From a virus (Duplodnaviria > Caudoviricetes): a stretch of DNA of 44,158 bases. A program made the position numbers and the translations under genes. The DNA lies in IMG/VR virus record IMGVR_UViG_3300047561_001935, positions 1 through 44,158 of that record. One strand, given 5' to 3'. The notes beneath the pieces are model-generated. The model worked only from the letters and a program-made list of their open reading frames with translations. It was not told the origin of the DNA and searched no databases. This document shows, one piece after another, positions 37,272 through 44,158 of this stretch; within the stretch, counting starts at the first letter, position 1, and every line of letters starts with the position of its first letter.

Positions 37272-38162
37272 ATGCACAATGGGTCACTGTTGGCGCTGAC
37301 CACCACTCTGCTTGACCGCGGGGTGGTGATTAAGATTTTCTTTTCGGAAAACTCTTTAAAAAAATTTGTTATAGTTTGTAGCTCGAAGCATGCCACTCGG
37401 TTTGGTGTATCTCAAGTCGCTGCAGATTTTGTAGATGTAATTAGTGACAAAGCAGTAGATATTAGTACTCTTAGTATTGATGTACTGGAGTATCAGCATC
37501 TACCACCAAATGTTTATCTGGATGATTTAACAAAGGATGTAGGACTTGCGCAAACATTTGGTAAAGATTTTCTCATGCAGGACAAAAGTTACGTAGAGAA
37601 TATTGAGAATTTTATTAGTCAAGAACGCACACGGTTTATTTCTTATGTTATAGAATCAATGGGTGTTGTGCATAAATCGGATAAAAATCTAATCAATGCA
37701 AGCTATTTGGTTAGATTCCTGGAACTGCCTCCGCAGAGTGAATCTGCCGAAATAATTAGCAATAAAATTAAGCAAGATGCAATTAATAAATTTTTTATTG
37801 TCAAGGATAGTGATCAGTACATATTACCTGGTCTACGACAAATTGGCACTACAAACAGCATTATTAAGAATGAAGATATTAACATTCTTAATGCAGTTAA
37901 AGTGCTCTGGTATCATGAAATACAAAAGCAGAAAGAAAATGCTTTGATATACATAGAGAATATACTAAAGCAGTTACTGGAAAACACTACAGACTTGAGT
38001 GATGTGGAGAAGCAAGAATATCTAGCACAAAGCCATCAATACAAGGAAGTAATTGAAAATATTAACGGAGACCTTCTCAATGATTGCCACAATATAAAAG
38101 AAGTTATTAATTTATGGCCTGACATACTCTATCCCCTACCATGGTTTGCATATGGAAATTAA
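37272..38162 (+). CDS. Hypothetical protein with C-terminal tail-assembly-chaperone-like helical domain
   Basis: C-terminus WYHEI...NAL..I...EVINLWPDILYPLP is shared with 31437..32348. Confidence 0.6.
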   Translation: MHNGSLLALTTTLLDRGVVIKIFFSENSLKKFVIVCSSKHATRFGVSQVAADFVDVISDKAVDISTLSIDVLEYQHLPPNVYLDDLTKDVGLAQTFGKDFLMQDKSYVENIENFISQERTRFISYVIESMGVVHKSDKNLINASYLVRFLELPPQSESAEIISNKIKQDAINKFFIVKDSDQYILPGLRQIGTTNSIIKNEDINILNAVKVLWYHEIQKQKENALIYIENILKQLLENTTDLSDVEKQEYLAQSHQYKEVIENINGDLLNDCHNIKEVINLWPDILYPLPWFAYGN

Positions 38163-38895
38163 TTTTTTATGGATTGGAGACAAATTAGGTAAGCTTGAAC
38201 AACTCACTCTAAAGTCCTTTCTTGATAACGGCCATCAGCCAGTGGTATGGTTGTATGATATGGATTGTGCAGGCATACCTGAAGGTACCCTTGAGAGAGA
38301 TGCAAATGAGATTCTACCATCATCCAGAATTTTTTCTTATGAAGGTCGTGGAGATTGCAGAGCAGGTAGTTATGGTGGCTTCTCCGATCTCTTTAGATAC
38401 TATCTGTTAAGAGCTGTGGGTGGATGGTATTGTGACATGGATGTTACCTGTCTGCAATCGTTTGCTGCTATTAGCAACAGTGAGTATGTAATACGCCCGC
38501 ACAACAAGGTGGAGATAGTAGGTAATATAATAAAGACACCCAAGAATGCACCGTTTCTTAATGATTGCATAGCATTAACAGAGAAGCACATAGACAAAGA
38601 CAATGACAGATGGGTCAAGCCAGTGGAAATATTGAGAGATTGTGTCAAGAAGCATTCCCTTGAGCAATACCTTGCACCAATTGATTGGTTTGGAAATGAT
38701 AACATTGAAGACATAAGACAGATGCTCAGTATCGGTGTTTTTTGTAAAAAAGAATTACAACCAAAATATGCGCTACATTGGTGCAATGAAGCAACATCCA
38801 CAGGTCAATGGGATTATTCCATAAAAAGAAATTTTAATAAACCTATACCAACAACATTATTTTATAATTTATTGAAGAAGCATAAGCTACTATGA
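38152..38895 (+). CDS. Glycosyltransferase (GT32-like, DxD sugar-binding)
   Basis: FLWIG..L..LEQL.LKSF...GH, DANEILP, FSDLFRY, GGWYCDMDV. Confidence 0.85.
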   Translation: MEINFLWIGDKLGKLEQLTLKSFLDNGHQPVVWLYDMDCAGIPEGTLERDANEILPSSRIFSYEGRGDCRAGSYGGFSDLFRYYLLRAVGGWYCDMDVTCLQSFAAISNSEYVIRPHNKVEIVGNIIKTPKNAPFLNDCIALTEKHIDKDNDRWVKPVEILRDCVKKHSLEQYLAPIDWFGNDNIEDIRQMLSIGVFCKKELQPKYALHWCNEATSTGQWDYSIKRNFNKPIPTTLFYNLLKKHKLL

Positions 38896-39752
38896 ATGCT
38901 GCCTTTGTAACAACCTTGGATGATAATTTTGTACCAGGCTATATGGTTGCAGTTTCGACATTAATTGCAACGACAGTAAACTTTAATTATGATATTGTTA
39001 TTCTTGAATGGGGCACACTCAGCGAGGATAATAAAGAAAAGATAAGACAGCTATACCCCCGTACAATTTTCAAACATGTACATGCAGCAGATTACCCAGA
39101 TGTTACATATGATACAGAGCATCGTACATGGACATACAACTGCGGCTATCGATTTGATGTATTTTTATTGAATGAATACGAAAAAATAATATTTTTTGAT
39201 TGTGATATTGTGTTTAATGTTGATATGACATCTTTAATTTTATCTAATATTAATTTTGGTGCTGTTCCAAGACCAGCTACACGCATGCTTCAATTTGAAG
39301 GTAGAATAGGTTTTGATGCCGGGCTTATGGTTATAGGGAAGCCATTCTTGAATTTCACAACTAGAGATGGCTTAATTGATCTGCTCAAACAAGAGCCACC
39401 AGTGGATGAGAGAGTTCTATCAAAAAAATGGGTTGGCAATGAACCCATTCTAAATACTTTTTTTAAGGAAAAGGTTACCTGGCTTCCTAAGCAATATAAT
39501 TTATGTACTGATGAAGTTGGACATGATACCTTGAAGAATATGATGCCAAATTTACAATATATTGGACACAAGAAACCTTGGTACAGCGAGAATATAGCAG
39601 ATCAATTTGATCCCTATATTGTACAAGCATTAACAACACTAAATGGGAGATCATATGTAAATATTTTACTAGGAAAACTATCAAAGTATTTCTTGAGCAA
39701 ACAACAAAACGTACAAAACGTGCAGTTGAGTATCTGCAATTATCACATATAA
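38892..39752 (+). CDS. Glycosyltransferase family 8-like
   Basis: DDNFVPG, IFFDCD (DxD), FDAGLMVI, NEPILN, LPKQYN, QYIGHKKPW. Confidence 0.85.
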   Translation: MNAAFVTTLDDNFVPGYMVAVSTLIATTVNFNYDIVILEWGTLSEDNKEKIRQLYPRTIFKHVHAADYPDVTYDTEHRTWTYNCGYRFDVFLLNEYEKIIFFDCDIVFNVDMTSLILSNINFGAVPRPATRMLQFEGRIGFDAGLMVIGKPFLNFTTRDGLIDLLKQEPPVDERVLSKKWVGNEPILNTFFKEKVTWLPKQYNLCTDEVGHDTLKNMMPNLQYIGHKKPWYSENIADQFDPYIVQALTTLNGRSYVNILLGKLSKYFLSKQQNVQNVQLSICNYHI

Positions 39753-39753
39753 T
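39726..39753 (+). promoter_or_regulatory. sigma70-type early promoter, leaderless
   Basis: TTGAGT-N16-TATAAT-N6-ATG(39760). Confidence 0.75.
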
Positions 39754-39759
39754 AAATCA

Positions 39760-40416
39760 ATGGAGAGAGTTGTCATAGTAGTTCCTCATGGTGATGATGA
39801 GGCTATTGGGTTTGCAGGAGCTATGCAAAAACATATTCAAGCAGGAGATAATGTCACAGTAATTTTTGCGCGTAGTGCTGCACCCAATGATCAGAGATCT
39901 GAGCATCAGCTAGAGTGTACCAAGACAGCCAAAGATGTTTTAAAATATCACGATATAAGATACTTGCACATACCCGAGGACACTATATCTGATAATCCTT
40001 TAATACTTTTCCGTGCACTAGAGACTGCCCTATATGAGCTAGAACCTTCAATTGTTTATACTACGTTCTGGGGCGACAATCACCAAGATCATCAGATAAC
40101 ATATGATTGTGTATCTAGACTCATACGTGTATGGGGTGGATTAAAGGTCAAGAAATTTTTAGTAGGTGAGATAGCGAGCTCCACTGATCAATCATTAAAA
40201 ATACCCCATAACATGTTTGTACCAAATTACTATATTAAACTGTCAGATAAAGAATTCCGCAACAAGGTAAATTCACTCTTATGTTACACAGGTGAATTAA
40301 TGAAAGAACCCCATCCCAGATCAGCAAAAGGTCTGGAAACTCTTGCAAGATTCAGAGGCATGGAATGTAATTCGGAATTTGCAGAAGCTTTTATGTGTCT
40401 CAGGCACATTGCTTAG
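39760..40416 (+). CDS. PIG-L/LmbE family N-acetylsugar deacetylase
   Basis: VPHGDDE, DNHQDH, HPRS, RG....FAEAF motifs. Confidence 0.9.
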   Translation: MERVVIVVPHGDDEAIGFAGAMQKHIQAGDNVTVIFARSAAPNDQRSEHQLECTKTAKDVLKYHDIRYLHIPEDTISDNPLILFRALETALYELEPSIVYTTFWGDNHQDHQITYDCVSRLIRVWGGLKVKKFLVGEIASSTDQSLKIPHNMFVPNYYIKLSDKEFRNKVNSLLCYTGELMKEPHPRSAKGLETLARFRGMECNSEFAEAFMCLRHIA

Positions 40417-41206
40417 CATACGAATCAAAAATTCTTTTAAGATTTTCCGCGTCTTTACTTGTATCAACAGCTACTTTGCTCAATTCATCAAATACAAATG
40501 GCTCAAAGCATTTTTCGAGGTCATCTGAATGCCATGGCTTAGTGAATCCATGATACTGTATGATATTTGCACTCTGAAGCATTTTCTCTGTAGCTATTGA
40601 ACTCACCACATTAAATTCTTGTGGAAGATATTCTACAGTATCTTCAAAGCAAATATTAAAGACAGGTTGATCGCTTGACCAGCTCTGCCGTGACGCTATT
40701 CGTATTAGCTTATCCTTATAATACGGTCTGAGAATATTTTTGGATATTGACATTAACCCGCAATTGAAACGCTCTCTGTCCCTAACCTTGGGATCATTAG
40801 GGCCTATTTCAGGAATGCCTAAATGCTTTTTACAAGATCCAAAATCGTAATCATAATTAAACAACTCTGATATGTCCTTGAGTACAACCATGTCAGAGTC
40901 CATAATTATAATTCTATCGTATCCCAGGTCACCCATTTCGAAAACATCAAACCTATAGAAGAGATTATACCCCCATTGCTCTGTAGTAGGCTTGCACCCC
41001 GCATAGTCATTTTTCTTAGGCTGCAATACTTTGATATGCTTGTATAGTAATTTGACCGATCTTATATTTTCATCAGAAAGATTACCATCAGACAGCAGCA
41101 AGATATCTCCTTGAAACCAGGGATTAGTTTCAATTAAGCTCAGTAAAAACACTTTCATACTAAGAATGAAGTTGTCATTTAGTGCAAAAAGTAATGCCGT
41201 ATTCAT
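40400..41206 (-). CDS. Glycosyltransferase family 8-like
   Basis: NDNFI, IMDSD (DxD), FNCGLM, SDQPVFN, LPQEFN, QYHGFTKPW; paralogous to 38892..39752 (WxYNxxYRFDVF). Confidence 0.85.
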   Translation of the reverse strand: MNTALLFALNDNFILSMKVFLLSLIETNPWFQGDILLLSDGNLSDENIRSVKLLYKHIKVLQPKKNDYAGCKPTTEQWGYNLFYRFDVFEMGDLGYDRIIIMDSDMVVLKDISELFNYDYDFGSCKKHLGIPEIGPNDPKVRDRERFNCGLMSISKNILRPYYKDKLIRIASRQSWSSDQPVFNICFEDTVEYLPQEFNVVSSIATEKMLQSANIIQYHGFTKPWHSDDLEKCFEPFVFDELSKVAVDTSKDAENLKRIFDSYAKQCA

Positions 41207-41235
41207 AAGCTTAACTGTTAATTTAGCTTAATTTC

Positions 41236-41263
41236 TTGATTTTACAACAAGTTATACTAAAAT
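41236..41263 (+). promoter_or_regulatory. sigma70-type early promoter, leaderless
   Basis: TTGATT-N16-TAAAAT-N6-ATG(41270). Confidence 0.7.
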
Positions 41264-41269
41264 TGCAGT

Positions 41270-41449
41270 ATGGATGTGTCAACAGTATTACAGTTTTTTG
41301 ACTTATCTAAGCCATGCCCGGGCTCTATTAAAAACGGTGAAACACTTCGACAGACCTTTGCAGAGGAAATTAATAATATTTCTGCACAATGCAAGGAGTG
41401 TGAGCGTATAAAAATTCGCGATAAATACATAAAAATAATTAGATCATGA
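41270..41449 (+). CDS. Small Cys-containing hypothetical protein (59 aa, below ORF-track cutoff)
   Basis: MDVSTVLQFFDLSKPCPG...QCKECER...IIRS*; promoter upstream and ATGA overlap with the next gene. Confidence 0.65.
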   Translation: MDVSTVLQFFDLSKPCPGSIKNGETLRQTFAEEINNISAQCKECERIKIRDKYIKIIRS

Positions 41450-42216
41450 AAGTGTTAATTATTGGCCATGGCTATGTTGGGTCTGCAGTATCTTCAGTTT
41501 TCAGCAAAGCGGAAAAGGTTATTATTGATCCACGTATCAACAACATATCAATTGCCTGTGTTTCGCAAATTAGCTTTGACGCAGTATTCGTTTGCGTAGA
41601 TACACCTGCAACTAATAGCTTCAAAACTCTTGATGGTATACTTGAGCTGCTCAACAAGCACATGAAAAAAGGAACTATTGTATGTTGCAAGTCAACAGCC
41701 ACTCCCGCATTCTATGAGTGTGCAGAAAAGAGATACAATAATATACATGTAATTCATAGTCCTGAATATTTGTCCCATCATTCAAACATCCGCGACTTCC
41801 AGTCACAAAAATTTGCCATATTTGGGGGACAGCATTCAGCATGCATTATTCTATCTAAAATACTAAAACCTAGATTGAGACTCTTGAAGCACATAGAATT
41901 TACAGACATCAAGACTGCAGCGTTTGTGAAGTATGCTGAAAACGGATTCTTATCTTATAAGATTACGTTCTTTAATGAGCTATATAATATTCATAAGAAG
42001 TTAAACATACCAGTATCATATGAGAGATTGGTCGAACTCTTGGTATTGGATGAGCGCATAGGGTCTTCACATACACAAGTACCTGGTAGAGATGGCAAGA
42101 GAGGATGGGGCGGACATTGTTTTGATAAAGATAATTTGCAATTGGAAAAATTTAGTAAAAGTAAATTAATTAAATTCATGAGAAATATTAACAAACAACA
42201 CAGAGCACAAAAATGA
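41446..42216 (+). CDS. UDP-glucose/GDP-mannose dehydrogenase family protein (short form)
   Basis: IIGHGYVG, FVCVDTP, KST, SPEYL, KYAEN.FL..KITFFNE, GWGGHCFDKD. Confidence 0.85.
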   Translation: MKVLIIGHGYVGSAVSSVFSKAEKVIIDPRINNISIACVSQISFDAVFVCVDTPATNSFKTLDGILELLNKHMKKGTIVCCKSTATPAFYECAEKRYNNIHVIHSPEYLSHHSNIRDFQSQKFAIFGGQHSACIILSKILKPRLRLLKHIEFTDIKTAAFVKYAENGFLSYKITFFNELYNIHKKLNIPVSYERLVELLVLDERIGSSHTQVPGRDGKRGWGGHCFDKDNLQLEKFSKSKLIKFMRNINKQHRAQK

Positions 42217-42542
42217 TTGAATACTACCTCACTGGATTATGCACAACTCTCACAGCACTATTGATATGGTTCTACAGTCCAATGAGAACAACTATGGGTC
42301 AGATTTTTATCAGCAAAAACATCAACTCAAATGATGACTTTGAGACAGCATTGCTGTATAAATCACCATTTTTTGGGAAATTATTTGGCTGCTACATATG
42401 CTGTTCATTCTGGGGATCACTTGTTGTGGGTGTTATTTTTTATGCAATGTTTGATTTACCTGGGTATTTCCCGTTTTTAACCTGGTCCACCTACCCCAGT
42501 CTTGCTTATCTTTATAAGACAGTGATTGATATGAATAAATAA
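42213..42542 (+). CDS. Small membrane protein with CxxC..FW motif
   Basis: Hydrophobic segments and LFGCYICCSFW. Confidence 0.6.
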   Translation: MIEYYLTGLCTTLTALLIWFYSPMRTTMGQIFISKNINSNDDFETALLYKSPFFGKLFGCYICCSFWGSLVVGVIFYAMFDLPGYFPFLTWSTYPSLAYLYKTVIDMNK

Positions 42543-42545
42543 TGT

Positions 42546-42881
42546 ATGAGTAATTTTTGGCAGCCAAAGATAGATCGCTGGAGTGAAAGTGTTAATGTTA
42601 ATAATACAGCTGCCTTTTCTACCAGCTACCAATATGCTCCCGCTGAAGGTGAAGAAGGCAATCACAAAACACATATCAGTGGTGTTGGCACTATGACATT
42701 TCAACAATTGAGAGACAAGATAAAAGATAAGCTCAGCACTCTTGCTGGTGCAGCAGATTCTGAGGATCTTGGCAGCATGGAGCATGTGTACTATGAATTG
42801 TTCACTTCACCAGAACTTAATAATTTACTCAAACAATACACAGAGATTTTAAGAAAGATCAAAGCAAGTAAGATTGCTTGA
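42546..42881 (+). CDS. Hypothetical protein
   Basis: 111 aa; TAAATA 4 nt upstream. Confidence 0.65.
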   Translation: MSNFWQPKIDRWSESVNVNNTAAFSTSYQYAPAEGEEGNHKTHISGVGTMTFQQLRDKIKDKLSTLAGAADSEDLGSMEHVYYELFTSPELNNLLKQYTEILRKIKASKIA

Positions 42882-42890
42882 TTATAGTCC

Positions 42891-43070
42891 ATGTCTACAG
42901 GCAAGACAAAGACTAAGATCACTGCTGACTTTGTGTTGGATGTGTATGAACGGAGCAAGAAGGCCAAGGGCAAGGTGGCAGCTGACCTTCTGCAAACAAC
43001 AGTCACTCTTAGCAAGCATTTGAATGAATGGTTAGTAGTTGCTGATGTGTTATTGAAGAAAAAACCTTGA
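42891..43070 (+). CDS. Small basic hypothetical protein (59 aa, below ORF-track cutoff)
   Basis: MSTGKTKTKITADFVLDVYERSKK...LLKKKP* fills the gap between neighbours. Confidence 0.6.
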   Translation: MSTGKTKTKITADFVLDVYERSKKAKGKVAADLLQTTVTLSKHLNEWLVVADVLLKKKP

Positions 43071-43094
43071 AATTTTGATAGTGCCAGTTATCAT
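43067..43094 (+). promoter_or_regulatory. sigma70-type early promoter, leaderless
   Basis: TTGAAA-N16-TATCAT-N6-ATG(43101). Confidence 0.7.
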
Positions 43095-43100
43095 GTTGGG

Positions 43101-43553
43101 ATGCCTGATAGACTGCATTTGAGTTGGGATGATGTGCATGAATTGACATCAAAAATTCATCGTGAAACTTTAGATGCAGATAAAGTTAATTCAGCCATCA
43201 TAGGCATTAGTCGTGGTGGATTGGTACCAGCAGTATTGATGTCACACATGAAAAATCCTTCATTATTTTGCACTGTGGGCATAAAGAGCTATGAGGGTGA
43301 AGAAAGAAAGCAGGATCAGATATACCAGTTCCCACCCATGGAACTATTGCAAAATAAAGACGTTATCTATCTCATTGATGATATATGTGATACAGGTAAA
43401 ACACTGCTAAATTTAAAAGAAAATATGTTGCACTTGAATGTGATTTCCATTAGTCTAGTTTATAAGAAAAATGAATTATACAAACCAGATCATTATGGAT
43501 TTGAGCATTTGGACGACACATGGGTGGTTTTCCCATGGGAAACCCATAAATAA
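43101..43553 (+). CDS. Purine phosphoribosyltransferase (Gpt-like type I PRT)
   Basis: LSWDD, IIGISRGGLVPA, LIDDICDTGKT PRPP motif, WVVFPWE. Confidence 0.9.
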   Translation: MPDRLHLSWDDVHELTSKIHRETLDADKVNSAIIGISRGGLVPAVLMSHMKNPSLFCTVGIKSYEGEERKQDQIYQFPPMELLQNKDVIYLIDDICDTGKTLLNLKENMLHLNVISISLVYKKNELYKPDHYGFEHLDDTWVVFPWETHK

Positions 43554-43603
43554 CACAGCAATTCTTTCAGTCTTAACGCCGCCATTGTTGCCGCGTTCTT
43601 TTT

Positions 43604-44158
43604 ATGAAAACCACAAATAAAAACAACAAAATAGTTGCGTTAACATGCTTAACGCTTCTACTAACATCATTAAAACTGAGCACCGGTTCATTCATACCAG
43701 GGCCCAGGAATATTACTGAACTCAAGAAAGAGCTAAAAGCAATGCCAAGAGCACAAGAAAAACTTGCTGCAAAAACTATTAGCATCAAGAATGATGGCAT
43801 CAGTTACAAAGATACACTCATACCCAAAACAGGCAGCAAGGAGTTGAAGATATTAACTGTGCGTCTCACTGTGTATTGGGCTAGAGGTTCAGGTACAGAT
43901 GCTGATAGCAGAAGAATGCGTAGCTCCACTGGATATACATTGAAACAGGGTGACTCCATAGCCGTAGACCCAAGAATCATACCGTACAACAAAGAGGTCA
44001 TCATACCTAATGTGGGTCTGGTGCAAGCAGTGGACACAGGCACAGCTGTGGTGGGCAAGGTGGCTTCTCATGGCAAAATGCCTGTCATAGATGTGTTCTT
44101 TGTCAATAAGAGTGAAGCTCTGGAGTTTGCTAATAGCAATCCAAAGGTAGTAAAAGTG
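43604..44158 (+). CDS. 3D-domain (MltA-like, cell-wall-acting) protein with N-terminal signal/anchor (partial)
   Basis: Not in the ORF track. MKTTNKNNKIVALTCLTLLL...RLTVYWARG...IAVDPRIIPY...AVDTG...VIDVFF carries the three conserved Asp motifs; no stop before the window end. Confidence 0.8.
   Translation, partial: MKTTNKNNKIVALTCLTLLLTSLKLSTGSFIPGPRNITELKKELKAMPRAQEKLAAKTISIKNDGISYKDTLIPKTGSKELKILTVRLTVYWARGSGTDADSRRMRSSTGYTLKQGDSIAVDPRIIPYNKEVIIPNVGLVQAVDTGTAVVGKVASHGKMPVIDVFFVNKSEALEFANSNPKVVKV

Noticed and set aside
27748-42216. Cassette as a DNA hypermodification or host O-antigen/capsule locus
   Set aside because: No base hydroxymethylase, modified-nucleotide kinase, T4-type DNA glucosyltransferase, flippase, polymerase or exporter is recognisable in this window. 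Not excluded genome-wide, but less supported than a virion-directed role.
1-44158. Stop-codon reassignment, as in some large phages
   Set aside because: Genes are full-length and densely packed under the standard code; TAA, TAG and TGA all terminate credible genes.

Overview
This window is a fragment of a large T4-like (myovirus-type) dsDNA bacteriophage genome, standard genetic code. No tRNA, rRNA, CRISPR array or mobile element is visible. (1) 1-17.7 kb, minus strand: a block of virion/tail-fibre-like genes. It holds two paralogous Gly-rich tip proteins, a 1126-aa fibre, a beta-helix protein, a subtilase/TIGR03790-like/RCC1 fusion, two ANSAxW-repeat proteins and a gp15-like tail completion protein. 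(2) 17.8-26.4 kb: phage-encoded ribosomal protein bS21, GroES-like co-chaperonin, gp62-like clamp-loader subunit, DUF366, an isolated gp20-like portal, flavodoxin, UDP-galactopyranose mutase, PD-(D/E)XK nuclease and dCMP deaminase. (3) 26.4-42.2 kb: a compositionally distinct cassette. It starts with a miniature S74-chaperone fibre and a Cys-containing adhesin-like gene, followed by about 18 tightly coupled genes: five glycosyltransferases, DUF3431, methyltransferase, twitch radical SAM, flavin-dependent halogenase, DegT aminotransferase, Fe(II)/2OG dioxygenase, PIG-L deacetylase, UDP-sugar dehydrogenase and two proteins ending in a tail-assembly-chaperone-like domain. (4) 42.2-44.2 kb: small genes, a phosphoribosyltransferase and a partial 3D-domain protein. 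The main candidate systems are: (a) a virion-protein tailoring (glycosylation/halogenation/oxidation) system, possibly reading a pervasive hydrophobic-Ser-Ala/Gly motif in the structural proteins; (b) a largely SD-free expression scheme, with seven sigma70-type promoters each exactly 6 nt from a start codon (leaderless mRNA), TAAATA late promoters 4-10 nt from start codons, and a late-promoter-driven phage bS21. All family calls come from motif recognition only; no database searches were run.
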